Part shown: positions 50,971 to 63,828 of the stretch, one piece after another
How positions within the stretch are numbered: position 1 is the stretch's first letter
Layout: the number at the start of each line of letters is the position of its first letter
DNA from: the human T2T-CHM13v2.0 reference genome, Homo sapiens
Direction: 5' to 3' (one strand)
NCBI RefSeq assembly: GCF_009914755.1
Contig: NC_060937.1
DNA length: 64,000 nucleotides
Translations under genes and position numbers: made by a program
The notes under the pieces: model-generated
Database searches by the model: none
What the model was told of the DNA's origin: nothing
What the model saw: the letters and a program-made list of their open reading frames with translations, nothing else

Positions 50971-51313
50971 CATTTATCATTTCTACGTATTGGAAATATT
51001 TCAAGTTATCTCTTGTAGCTACTTTAAAAGATACAATACACTGTTGCTTACTATAGTCATTTTACTCTGCTAGCAAACATTAGAACTTATACTTTCTATC
51101 CAACTGTATGTTTGTTCCCATTAACCAACCCCTCTTCATCCCTTGCTCCTACCTACATACTGTTTCTAGCCTCTAGTATCTATCATTCCACTTTCTATCT
51201 TGGTAAGATCAATTTTTTAGCTCCCACATGTAAATGAGAACGTGTGAAATTTGCCTTTCTGTGTCTGTCTTATTTCATTTAACATAATGGCTTCCAGTTC
51301 CATCCATGTTGCT
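50971..51313 (-). mobile_element. L1MA 3' region
   Basis: catttatcatttctacgtattgg...ttagctcccacatgtaaatgagaac...aacataatggcttccagttccatccatgttgc. Confidence 0.88.
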
Positions 51314-54300
51314 CAAGCATATCTTTTGACCACTGTAGACAAATTTTCTCTTTTTCTTTGTTCTATTGTTTCTTACATACAAAACATCCTAAAGTTTCTT
51401 CTAAGATGGTCTAATATACCCTCATATGGCAGATTAGATGTTGACCATACCACCCAAACGAAAGGAGCCCTTTCTGTATATCCCTAGATCATAAAAAATC
51501 TTTGTTTCTATGTGCCTACACTACCTCTCTGGCTATCAGTCATTTCAGGTTATTGCACTAATATGCAATAGAGATATGAGAGGGATTTGTAACTGACAGA
51601 TGCATTAGAACTAGATTGTGCCTCAGCCCAACTCTTCCTTGAGCCCAGATTTATACAGTAATATTTGGTCTAAACAATCCAGACATATAATCCATGTGAC
51701 ATTCTGCAACACTGCCAACCTCTATCCTGAAGGAGTTACCACTGTTAGTAGAGCAAAAAAATAATGCAAAAGAAGCCCCTTTTGTGTAAAAGAGTTATGC
51801 AAAACTCAGCAATGACCACACACAACACCCACCATATGTAAAAACCCTACTATAATATTACAGAACAATACAGCTAAGACAGTGCCTGCATTTTCGTATT
51901 ATACCTCTTATTCTTTTTATTCACTCAAATAAACTCTATGTGACCATATTTATTCAATCATCAGAAAACTAATGAGAGTATAAATGTAGCCAGCCATAAA
52001 AAAGAAATGCCCAACAGCCAATGTAGGTTATGTATTAAGATGTGGGTTCTCTCAAGGCAGGTTATTTCTGTAGGGACTTCATCCCCACAAATTCTCAAGC
52101 ATCTATGGTGTTACACAACAGATTGCTCTGTCAGGGCTTCTGCCTCTGAATTCCAGGTGTGCTCAATTTTGCATCTGTTACTTCACAAATGCATCAGACT
52201 TGAACGGCAAACCATATGGCTTCCTTTACTGGACCTACTTTCAATCACAAATATGCATAAATTGCCGGTACAGAGGCTGGTGCCATCTGAAAATGCTAAG
52301 AGGGAATGGTGTTGGGTTGGGTGCACAGACATAACTCAACATGAGCTTACCACAGCCCTGAACGGACTGCTGGGTGCTTCCCAGCTGACCCTGATCTATG
52401 GCATCTGGATAACAAATGTGCACATTTAGAATAGCCTGTTTAGTTACTGCTCTGAGCTGGGGATCAAACAAGTTACAAATAGCCCTGAGTCCAAATACAG
52501 TAGTGACATGCAGTAATGGTGTCATTATCAGGCAATAATTCTATGCCTATCACTGACTCCCACTGGCAATAAAAATGATAGTCTGTAGCAAAGTGGCCAG
52601 TAACAGACACTAGCAAGGGGACAGCAAATTACACTAAGTACCATGATTATATCTTCAATTAGCATTGTGTGTGAATGTTGAGTCCGTGTGTGTATCTGTG
52701 TGTGTGTATAAGCATCCCAGCGATGAAGTTTGAGTGTGTGTGTCTGGTCACTAGTCCTCTAGCAAAGAACAATTAAGTAAAAAAACAAACAAACAAAAAC
52801 AGACCAGGAATGTTCATATTTTAAAATTGTTTCTGGCACTGCTAGCTGATGAGCTATTATGAAGTATGTTTTCACTGCACAGCACTTCTTTTTATAACAC
52901 AGTCATGGATCTCCAAACATTCCCTCAGGACAAGATGCTTTTTAAGAAGGGAACTCTCTGAAAGCCAAAAATACTAAAATACTCCTATATACTCCCTCAC
53001 ACAATGGAAAAGTGTTCAGAGATGAAGATCTACTTAAAATTTCTAAACAAGGAGAGAATAGAAATTTTTTGACCCTGCATATTCATAGCGCCTTAAGAAA
53101 GACTTTTGTTGAAGTGGTTGTTATATTCTTTACATCAAGAGTTTATCATAAACACTGCTTGAGGCAATCTCAGATCATAAGGGCTTTCTTACACAAAAAA
53201 AACAAAAATTCGTGCTGCTCCACTGGCACTTTTATAAATTCTATATTTACTTTACAAATAGTAAAATGTCGACAAGCAAAAGTGTAAAAGACAGCCACAA
53301 ATTAACATTATTTAACAACATTCAGAACCAGTCTAATTTTATAATGATTAGAGAAAGGTTACAAACATATAACACAAAGAAAAATAAGAGATCTGAAAAT
53401 GCCAAATTGAAACCAAAGCTAACACTATTGGAAATGTTACTGTGTTGTTCATTTAAGCTTCTAAGTCCTTTGACTGGCGATATAAGCTTAGTGCAAATCA
53501 AAGCAAAAAGTAACATAGCATCAAAGTTTGCTCACATCATTCGGCTTTCTCAATTTCTCCCTGCTTCCTAGTGTGAGGTTGGCTGTATTCCAAAGTTATT
53601 TACTTTCTTGCTATCAACTTAGGCAATGAATTCTACAGTCAAGAGCATCATATGCTTTCTTTCTTTTAGCCAATTGTATTGATTTAGTTCTTTCTCATTG
53701 GCAGATAAATTCAGCTTATGTAGCAGCAATTATCCAGAGGGAACATTAGTAAGATCCACAAGATATAAGGAGTTTGCTTAAGCCCCCTGGACTATCCTTA
53801 AAATCTGACTTTGAGACTATTTTTCATTTATACAAGACCAGAATCTCACTTGCCCCACCTCATTAATCTTTAATGCAATGTCATGATTTACAGCTATTGA
53901 TGTAATTTTCATAAGCATGAATCCTACCATTATTAAAGTGACTTAAATTTTAAAAAATAGCCACTTATGTTTGGGGGTCAAAGATTTAATAGAGATTCAC
54001 AACTGTCACCCATGAAAAATCAGGTCATAAGAGATTGTGGTTCTAGGACTCCTGAAACAGGGCATCCACCATAAGGAAACACATAAAATATTGCTTTGTA
54101 ACAGGTTTAGGTTTGCACATATTAACTTATTCTATGTGATTGTCCCACCTCCAGCCAATTTACTAGTTACCATTACTTATGCAGGAATAAACTAAGTAGA
54201 ATAATACCAAGTAGATTCTTTGGCCATGTTGGGACTAAAATAATGGGTTAAACCAAGGGTCAAAGAGACGAATTTGCTGCCATGGCCTTAATAATGGGTA

Positions 54301-55022
54301 TTATTAAGATTATTAACTATTGGGCCATTATGATTTAATAAATAATATTTACACCATGTCTTAATATTATCCCATCCTAAGATTGCTAAATTTGTCATGT
54401 TTACCTGAGTAGAAAATTTTCTATGTACCTGGATTTTAAGAATTCCTTCTAGCAAAGAGCTGTAAAATCACAAATAATATGGAGCATCCAACTTAATTGA
54501 CACTCCTCTTCCTAAATTACAAGAAAGATGATCTCATCTAGGAATTTGACCTCTGAAAAATTGATATAATGTACATCTTTGGTATTCTGAATAGATATAT
54601 CCTCAGAATTCTATAATCCTCAAAATTGTGAATTATTCTAATTGAGAAACAGATTCTGGGCAGCTGGCTAGATTTCCTCACCAGTATATTAAACTTACTT
54701 AATTTCCAGCCTTGCAGCCATAGAACTGAAATTCATATTGGTACTCCCAAGTGTCATATCATTTAATGTCTTTAGGAAGTAGATATGTTTATAGACATTG
54801 GGATCCCTCAAGAAATGTCAGAACCATAAATGCTCAATTTACTAATGCCAATTGTTGCGAAAGCCCTAAACTTAATAATCTTTGCTTTTGGTAGGAGAAA
54901 ATAGACTTTTAATGTTAAAGCAACAATTATTTAAACATGCTCAGTCGTAGATGTTCAGTAAAGGTTGATGGATTTCTATTGAAAGTTTACCTAAATGTAA
55001 CCTTTCATAGCCAACATAATGA

Positions 55023-55023
<1 letters not shown>

Positions 55024-55063
<40 letters not shown>

Positions 55064-55080
55064 CAGATAGATTGATTGAT
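55024..55080. repeat. Compound tetranucleotide STR [TAGA]10 CAGA TAGA [TTGA]2
   Basis: Direct count from the sequence. Confidence 0.97.
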
Positions 55081-55569
55081 CCGTGTGATGTTTCTATACA
55101 TTGTTTTGAAATCTTTTAAAAACAATCTGCAAAGTAAGAAGTGGACAAGGTTAATGTATTATAAAACTCAGGAAAGAAGAAAAGGATAAGTTACACTGAA
55201 TGAGAATGAAGTAGTTAATTAGGTAACACCTAATTTTACCTAGCGAGAATAAAGTAAACAAAGAGAAAACTATAAAATAAATTATCATTAAGAAAAGAAT
55301 GAAAGCAAGAATTTCAGCAAAATCATGTGCTAATAAAGTGATCAGATAATAAAACAGGGTTATCAAAGACAAAAGATAAAGAGCAGGACATGAAAGTCAA
55401 TGCATTTAAGTTTTCAACTACTTAATGATGGAATCATTGAGCCACCGCTGTTAGGAACCCAGGCCTTAGAACAAGAATGATTTCGTCTTCAACAAGAAAC
55501 AGACTTGTGAGTTGATGCCACAAGGAACTGCTCCATATTTTCAAAGTTCTGAGAACAACAGTTGTTGTT

Positions 55570-56092
55570 AGGTAGAGACTGCTAGTTGTATCCCCCAATA
55601 GCTGTTCTCTTCTTCCTTAACACTTCCTTCTTCTTCCAAATTTTTGCTGGGTACCTTGCCACTAAAAGTATTTCAATTTTCCCAGCTTCCCATGCTGTTA
55701 GGTATGGCCATGGCTTTAGATTTACCAAATGGGATACAAGCATAAGTCACATAGCAGTTTCTAAATGCTTTAATTAAGAGGCAGCTGATGCCTACCTTTA
55801 TCCCTTTTTGATTTGTTCTTTCTTCTTGCTTTCTAGAATGCTGATGGGCTGACAGAAGCTGGACTAACCCTTGTTCACCATCAGGTGATCTGAACGATAG
55901 AAGACACAAAAAATGGTAGAACAAGACAGAGGAAATCTGAGTTCTGATACCACACCAGCCCTAAGCTATCTACCTCTAGACTGTGACATGAAAATAAATG
56001 TATTTCCCTCTTGTCTAAGCCACTGCTAACTTTTGTTTTGTTCTGCTTTATTTGTTTAATCTCTAAGAGCTGTCCCTAATCTTTTCTGAAAC
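55570..56092 (+). mobile_element. MLT1J-like LTR
   Basis: tttcccagcttcccatgctgttaggtatggccatg...caccagccctaagctatctacctctagact...cttgtctaagccactg. Confidence 0.8.
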
Positions 56093-57164
56093 CTGCTGAT
56101 ATCCATAACCCTTGAAATTGTTGACAATTAGTTATTTAGACAGTGATCTCAAGCAAGTACATGTCTGTTGTTTAGGAAAAGGAGCTAGGCTTACAAAATT
56201 GGCTTTTTATCAATACCTCTGTCTTCTACAGGAAATTGTTCTACCAGTCTGAATTTTCAGGCTTTCTCCACCAGTGACTAATTCTGGTAAGAAACTGACT
56301 CGAATTGGCCACATTTATTTCTTGGGTGGAATTAACATGAGGAAGGTCTCTATTCATTCCTGGCCTAGTCTCTTCATTCTGTCTACAAGAGGAAAAAAAA
56401 AAAAAAAAAAAAGGACATTAACCTTCAGACTCCCAAGCAAGAATAAGGGAATAAGGCAAGTCAGGTTCCACATCTTGCTCTTGCAACTGGGTACATTAAT
56501 TCAAGAGAGTGGGGATGGAGAAGGAGGTCCATTTTGGTCTCAATACCAAGCCCAATTCTGCAGTTGAGCTAAACTGAATAGGGCAGTTATTTTAAACTCA
56601 TCCTGCCTTGCTGTGATAGTTTTCAACTTAGGTAAGAGTCTTGAGAAGAAGAGGAGTGAGTGATTAGGCTAGCCCAGTAGTAATATTATGAGCTGCCCCA
56701 CATTATAGTAGTGTAAGGTCATATCAGGTATATGATTAGTCCTTATTTTTCAAGTTCTATATATTTGTCCATTTAAAATAATTATGATTTTATAAAAATT
56801 GTATGTTTTTCTTCTTCCTCTTTGGGTCTGTGGTTTAAAAAATTATATCAAATAAAACAACACACAAAAGTATCACCACTTTATATATTAGTTATCTGAG
56901 CTTCAGAAAAAGCACGACAAAATCGCATAATTTTCAATTCACTGAGCAGTGTCTTCAGTGATATCAATAGGAATGTAATGCCCAGGGAAACAAGTGTCAT
57001 ACTCTAGGCATTTTTGTTTTGTTTGTTTTGTTTTGTTTTTAACATACATTCCACACCTTATGTATTTCTAAGAACTATGCCAGGGAATAAACCTTACACA
57101 GCAGACAGCAGTTACATGTTATTACGTTCCAGTAGATGGGAAAATCTGGAGTTATGTACCATTA

Positions 57165-57745
57165 CAGAGTACCATGCCAAGCTATATTGAACCCTGAGAC
57201 AAAAGAAAAAAATCAGTTATACTGTTGTTGCCTTTACTTAAAATTTTGATAGTTTGTTTATTATGGATTTTTTGCACTAAATTTTGATTTTGTAAATATT
57301 GCATTAAAATATTATCTTGGTCAGGTGCGCTGGCTCATGCCTGTAATCCCAGGACTTTGGGCAGCTGAGGTGGGCGGATCACAAGGTCAGGAGATCGAGA
57401 GTATCCTGGCCAACATGGTGAAACCCTGTCTCTACTAAAAATACAAAAATTAGCTGGGTATACTGGCGTGAACCTGTAATCCCAGCTACTCAGTAGGCTG
57501 AGGTAGGTGAATCGCTTGAACCCGGGAGGCAGAGATGGCAGTTAGCCGAGACCGCAGTGAGCCAAGATCGTGCCACTGCACTCCAGCCTGGGCAACAGAG
57601 GGAGACTCCATCTCCAGAAAAAAATAAATAAGTAAATCTTGATTGTTGAGTTTATTAGCTCCTTTTTAAATTTGGAACTCAAGATGAAAGTGTATGAGGA
57701 GGATCTATGAAATAATCTCATAGGTCTCAGCCTAGTCCCAGCCTG
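57165..57745. mobile_element. hAT-Tip100-type MITE interrupted by an Alu
   Basis: ttaaaattttgatagtttgtttattatggattttttgcactaaattttgattttg...atattgcattaaaatatt | cttgattgttgag...cctagtcccagcctg. Confidence 0.6.
57319..57633 (+). mobile_element. AluSc-like with internal 16-bp duplication
   Basis: ggatcacaaggtcaggagatcgag; gcagttagccgagacc then gcagtgagccaagatc. Confidence 0.94.
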
Positions 57746-58679
57746 CATTTCAGAACCTAGCACTAGCTATTTGTACGACTTCTGCCAAGCTCATCTGCAT
57801 TTCCGAATCTTAGAACACCAGCAATGTAACACCAGTTGATGCTTTTTTGCTTCACATTATTACATGATAATGAGGAAATGCCTGTGCCATGCATGACCTC
57901 TGAAGAGGTGGCATTAAATAACTTCAATCAGTCTTGTTGTTGCCCTAAAAAATACAAGTCCTTTACCTTCGCTAGACATGTTTATAATACAGTTGGTCAA
58001 ACTATCCTGTGATAGGAGCTACATGGTCACATGAAAAAGCTGCGAATCAGGTGAATAGTAAAAACTGTGAGCCCCTTTGGAGGGATTCTTCTTCTTTTTA
58101 AAAGGAAGGTGTGTAGAACGACTAAAACCTGCAGATATTTAATAAGAACCAGCATCTGTACTTTGATTGCTTCAAATTACACAATATCATACTAGTGCCA
58201 GTCCAGGGCTTCTTACATGCGCTGATGCTGAAAGCAGAGACATAACAAAAGGCTGGACTAACACTTTTCTTTGCCTCCAGCAACCACTCAATGTTCTGTT
58301 TTATTTTATTTGGCTTTATTATTTGGCTTTTGGCTGACCACCTAAATGACCAGCCTGCAGCGACAGCAAACATGGGTCCCTTTGGCGAGACTGATAAGAC
58401 CATTCTATCAATCCTCATACACTCCACCTTGTGGGGGCCACAAAGATGGGGTGAACCCCTCTTAAGGGTCCACACACAGACCCACACCACAAGCACATGC
58501 CTCCTTATAAGATGGCTGCTGTCTAGAGAGTAGAGATTGTTGCCAAAGAACAATGGGTATCTTTAGGGATAAAAGCATTACCTAAATGTAAGATTTTGTC
58601 AGGTAATGACCTCACGAGTTTCAAAGTACCTCACAATTGCTGCCTGGTGGTGATTATAGGGTAGGATGCAGTGTACTTA

Positions 58680-59112
58680 GTAGAAAATCCAGATTAGGGC
58701 AGTGAGAGAGGTGAGGTGTCTGTCAGGACTGATATGCAATTAAAGATTACAAAAACCTGGTTTCTCCCAGCCTAACAATGAGCATAGTTAGAAAGAAACT
58801 TAATTGCACTATTTAAGATTAGGAAAAGTATAGAGGGAACAAAGTTATCAATTCCAAGCTTAAAATGCCATTGCACAATATGAGAATAAGTATTCATATG
58901 AATGGCGCAGCAAGAAAATTTAAAAACCAATAAAATGAAATACTTCTGCACACAGTGGAATTCAGTGCTGCAGGAGATCAGAGAGTCAAATGCAGTAGTT
59001 GTATTTTAAAAGGAGGCTGAATAATTTTATGACCACTGTAAAAAAGGAGACAGGCTTAAATTGCTGCAGGAGGTTAGAAATAAGGAAAAACTTTATAACT
59101 GCAAAGATAGTG
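58680..59112 (+). mobile_element. CR1/L3 3' end fossils
   Basis: NLVSPSLTMSIVRKKL resembles LGLFSLEKRRLRGDL; ...WNSVLQEI...FKRRLNNFM resembles WNSLPQEV...FKRRLDKFM; then RLEIRKNFITAKIV resembles RLDIRKNFLTVRVV. Confidence 0.72.
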
Positions 59113-59669
59113 AGTGGGTATAATCTGAGTATTTTAATATGCCACCTTTTTTTAAAAAAAATTAAGATTTGTCACTCCTATTAGCCAAACCAGGGATCTG
59201 CTCAACCTTAAAGCCTATAACCCTTTGTTTTGCTCCGTGTTGTCCTGCCATCTTTTGTCTTTCAAGTTTATGGCTTTGCCAAGTCAGTTTTCCTGAACAC
59301 TCTGGTGATCCTTTTCCCAGAATTCATGCACACCAAAGTGATTGGCCAGATGCTGTTTGCTTTGTACACGGATTCCTGAAACATACTTTACGCCTTCATT
59401 CTCTCCTCCACTTCAAATCACATTATAGCCCCGAGGAGTAACTGTGAGCAGACTTCAAACTACACACAGAAATTCCATTAGATTTCAAATCGGTTGTCTT
59501 AACCTCTTATGCACTGCAGACCACAATAATCCAACAGCACACGCTGGTTTAGCCACATTCTACCTGTTCTTAATAGCCAACAGTGAGCCTCTAGATAAAT
59601 TATGACTTTCATTCTGCTGACTGTTGATTGCTTCACATTCCCTACCAGATCATTCCTCGGTGGTGGTGC

Positions 59670-59870
59670 CCAAAATAATTCCTTGCATTTTGTGTAATAT
59701 TTCAGAAGCTACGGTACATTTCTATATCCATATCATTTGATAATCACAGAAGCTCACTAAGGAAGTCAATGTAGAACAGATATTAATATCTCTTTTTGAA
59801 AAATGAGAAATCTAGCCTCATTTCTGCTTAAGTACTTGCATCTTCAGATTTCTGGTGCTTTTCCATACGC
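59670..59870 (-). mobile_element. MIR
   Basis: tatcatttgataatcacag...atattaatatctctttttgaaaaatgagaaatctag. Confidence 0.65.
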
Positions 59871-60214
59871 AAAATGATGCACTATAGTTAAGCATTCCTG
59901 ATCATTTTATTTAAAATCCTCCTCCTTCCTCACTACTTAAATGTTCCACCTTACCTAGAATGATCTGCCTTTTTCCCTCAATAGTGTAAGCTCTTAGAAT
60001 GCTATTTATTCTATTAGAAAATATTCACTTAAAATAATCTTGTACCCCAAGAAATGATTCCTAATACATAAATTTTTCTAGGACTCTTTCTTTAGTCTTC
60101 TGAAAAGCATATTTGCATTCATAACATACCAACAAATAGATAAGTAAAATCCATAGGTTACTCATTTTGAATGCCTCACAGATTCTAGAACATCTTCCAT
60201 ATGAGTGTTGATGT

Positions 60215-62900
60215 TTGCATTCATTTATTCAATAAGTATTTGAGCACCTTCTATGTGCCAAGACACTGAGAATATATAACAGACTAACGTTCCTGCCCTC
60301 ATTGAGTTTAGATTCTAACGAGGAAGGCAGATGGTAAACAACATAATTAAGAAATTTATAGAGTGTTGGATAGTCTAAAACATATAAATTAGGTAAATGG
60401 GAAAGAAGTATTAGGATAGAGGCAAGGAGTTGAAATTTAGATAAAGTGATCATGTAAGGCTTCACTGAGAAGATGACTTTTGAGTAAAACCCTGATTGAA
60501 GCAAAGGAACTAGCTACGTAGATGTCTGAGGGAAGAGCTTTCCATATAAAGGAGTAGCAAGTGCAAAGGCTCTGGTGTGGAGCCATGCCCGTGTGTTTTA
60601 AGTAACGAGAAAAGAAGCCTGTGTGGTCAGAGTTCAGTGAATGAAGACAATCGTGGTAGGAGGTGAAATCAGAGAGGCACTAGGGACAATAATATAAGGC
60701 CTGATAGTAGATGAAGAGTCATGTGAACAGAACATGATAGGAATAAATTTATACTTTGCAACATCTCTATCTGCACGGTTGAAAATAGGCCAAAAGGGGC
60801 AATGGAAGAAACAGAAATATCAGTTAGGTGTCCATTAATCCATGCAAGTGACTCAGCAGTTGTGGGAGAATAGGATAAGTTTAAGATATATTTTGAAGGT
60901 AGAATCAATAGAATTTGGGTCAAAGCAGATGTAGGATGCCAGAGAATGGGAGGAGTCAAAGACAACACCAAGATTTTAGCTGGAAGAAGTAGGTAAATGA
61001 ATTCCCCTATTCATTATGATATGGAAGACAGCCATAAAAGCAGAAGTGAAGGTGGGGGAATATCAGCAGATTTGTTCGGGAATTAAACGTGTATGTATAG
61101 ACATCCCCATGGAATATCAAGTAGGCATTTGTGTATATGGGATATTTGAATGCATTTAGATACTGAAGTTCAGAGGAGAGGTCCAGGCAGGAGACATAAA
61201 TTTAGACATTATAAGCATGTGGATGGTGGTATTTAAAGACATGAAACAGGGTGAGATCCCCCTGTGTGGGGAAGGGAGGGAGAATGAATAGAAAAGGGAA
61301 AAAATTTAAGAAGTCCCAACACACTTCAACATTTAGAGACTGGGAAGACAAAGAACACAGCAAAGAAGTATCTAGAAAACTAAAAGGAAAGCCAGGTAAT
61401 TGTGATTTAGAAGTCAAGTGAAGAAAGTATTTCAAGGGCACAGTGGTTACCTATGTCAAAAGCTTCTGATTAGGCTTAGCAATAAGGAAATCATAGATAA
61501 CCTGGTAAGACTGGTTTCAGTGGGGAAGAGGAGGCAAAAGATGGTTTGAGTGAAAAAGAAGAGTAGGCCGGGCACAGTGGCTCACACCTGTAATCCCAGC
61601 AGTTTGGGAGGCTGAGGCGGGCGGATTGCCTGAGGTCAGAAGTTCGAGACCAGCCTGGCCAACATGGTAAAACCCCGTCTCTACTAAAAATACAAAAATT
61701 AGCCGGGTGTGGTGGTGGGCACCTGTAATCCCAGCTCCTCAGGAGGCTGAGGCAGGAGAATCACTTGAACCCAGAAGGCGGAGGTTGCAGTGAGCCGAGA
61801 TTGTGCCACTGCACTCCAGCGAGACTCCATTTCAAAAAAAAAAAGAAAAAGAAGAAGAAAAAGAAAAAGAAGAGTAATTGGAAACAGCAAGTCAGCACAC
61901 ATAGATGACTTTTTCAAAGAAAAATGAGGAAAGCCAGAGGAGGAAGTGGGGCCATGAAGAGGGTAATTTTTTTTTATGTTGGAAAAATAACAAACAAACA
62001 TTTGCAAACTAACTGCAATAATCCAACAGATGGGGGAAATGGGTGAGCCATGAATGAAACGGGAGAATTGCCATTGTTGTTGCCTTTAAGTATAGAGAAG
62101 GCAGGATGAGGTTTAATCACACGTGGAGTATTTGGTCTTAGCCAGAAATATCCATAGTTTATTTACAAAGAAGAGAAGATAGGGTATGTGGGTTAAGACA
62201 TAGGTAGGCGATGAGAGCATGTGGAGGTTTTCTCCTGATTGCTTTTATCAGTAAAGTAGAAAACAGGTTTGTCAGGTGAGGGTCAGGATAGATGGGGAGA
62301 GGCTTTGCAGGACTGAAAGAGAAGTATATAGCAGTAATCTTGGAGACTGGGAAAATAAGTAGATTGGTAAGACAGCTGGCAGCATTAAGACCCACTATGA
62401 AATTAATAATCCATGTGTTTAAAGTGAAATTGTTCATCTTGATTGTGTATTTGGTCCCACTTACTTTAGCTGCCTGGGTTTAAGCACAGAGTAGTCAGAA
62501 AGCTTATTTTAACCAAGGTTGTGATTTGGCCAAGTGAGTATAACCAAAAAAGCAGAGGGGGGCAACGGAGTTGAGAGTATTTGCAAGTAAGTAAGCATGA
62601 TGATTGATTGCAGGATTTAAATGTGAGAGAGGATTAGGAGAAGAGGTTAGGGATAGAGAAAAGATAGCAGGAACTTGGGGCAGAATGGGAGGGGGCTGTT
62701 GAAAGATTGCTGCAATTGAGGTAATTGAGGGAATAAGCTAGGAAGATGGGCATGGAGTGGTAACCAGTTAATGCGTGTTGGAAACTGAGATAATGGATGG
62801 GTATGGGTAATGAAAAGATCAAGACCGTAGTCACAGGAGTGGTTGGCCTTTTGCTCCAGAAAAGTCAAAGTGTTTCAGGAAATGAGAAGAAGTAAGACAA
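60215..62900 (-). mobile_element. Long L2 (L2a-like, about 2.4 kb net) interrupted by an Alu
   Basis: gcattcatttattcaataagtatttgagcaccttctatgtgccaagacactg...ggaggagtcaaagacaac...gaagttcagaggagaggtccagg... Confidence 0.9.
61566..61863 (+). mobile_element. AluS with 13-bp TSD and 3' internal deletion
   Basis: TSD aaaaagaagagta at 61553 and 61864; ctccagc|gagactcc lacks the ctgggcgacagagc segment. Confidence 0.95.
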
Positions 62901-63621
62901 ATGAGGATGAGAGTCTGGAATGGTTTGGGATTCCTGAACTTCTTTTAGTAACTGATATGAGCAGAAGTAAAAGTCATGATGGGATTAGTTCTTCTGGTCC
63001 CAAGTAACATGATGGAGGAGGGGCTGGAAGTATCAGGGGAGGGGGCTGTTGCCAAGAGCTTAAATTCTGGAGCTCCCCCTTGACTCCTAATGAGGAAAGC
63101 ATGGGAATGACAAAGGGCAGTCTCATTCCTAGGGCACAGCTACTCTCCTAGACTGCTGCTGTGGGCCTGTGGAGGCGTGGCCTTCCCTAGCGCTCTGGGC
63201 CGTTCTGGACATCGGCCAACAAGTTGTTCCAGGCTGCAGAGGCTGCAAAGGCCATTGTGATGGTTCTTCCTGGTCTCTAGCTCCTTCTACAATGGTAGCC
63301 AGGGTCATCTATAGAAAGTGAAATCATTGAGGAGGCTTAGGGAGAGTTTTAAAGGAAACTGTAAATACATACATCTCCGCTGTTCAATAGAGTATATGAA
63401 ATATCTAGCAAACAATTTTGGAAAGAGGGACTATTGAGAGGTCTATAGCTAATAACACCGATAATTTCTAACTCCTTCTCTTGATCTGGCTGGTCATCCT
63501 TGGTCACAAAAATGTTTTCCAAGTGATAACACATCATAGGATCTTAGACCATATTTTACCACACACATAGTTCAACCTGAGGAAACTGAGGATTGTAGTA
63601 AACCCCACACTGTCTTCCAGA

Positions 63622-63758
63622 TAGGGTTGCTAGATAAAATAAAGGAGGGCCAGTGAAATTTAAATCTTAGATAAACTACAAATAATTTTTTAGTGTAAGT
63701 ATGTCTCATGCAATATTTGTATTTACTGTATTTTTATTTGCTATATCTGATAACCCTA
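63622..63758. mobile_element. MER53 (hAT MITE)
   Basis: Inverted termini tagggttgctagata...tatctgataacccta; aaataattttttagtgtaagtatgtctcatgcaatattt. Confidence 0.85.
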
Positions 63759-63828
63759 CCCCTAAAGGAATTTTTAAAAATTTATAGAGATAGACGGCTA
63801 ACCTTAGTCTGTCTGAAAGCAACAAACT

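Noticed and set aside
58122-58553. 143-aa minus-strand ORF and 80-aa plus-strand ORF
   Set aside because: The longer one has a non-ATG start; no recognisable domain or supported splice structure in either.
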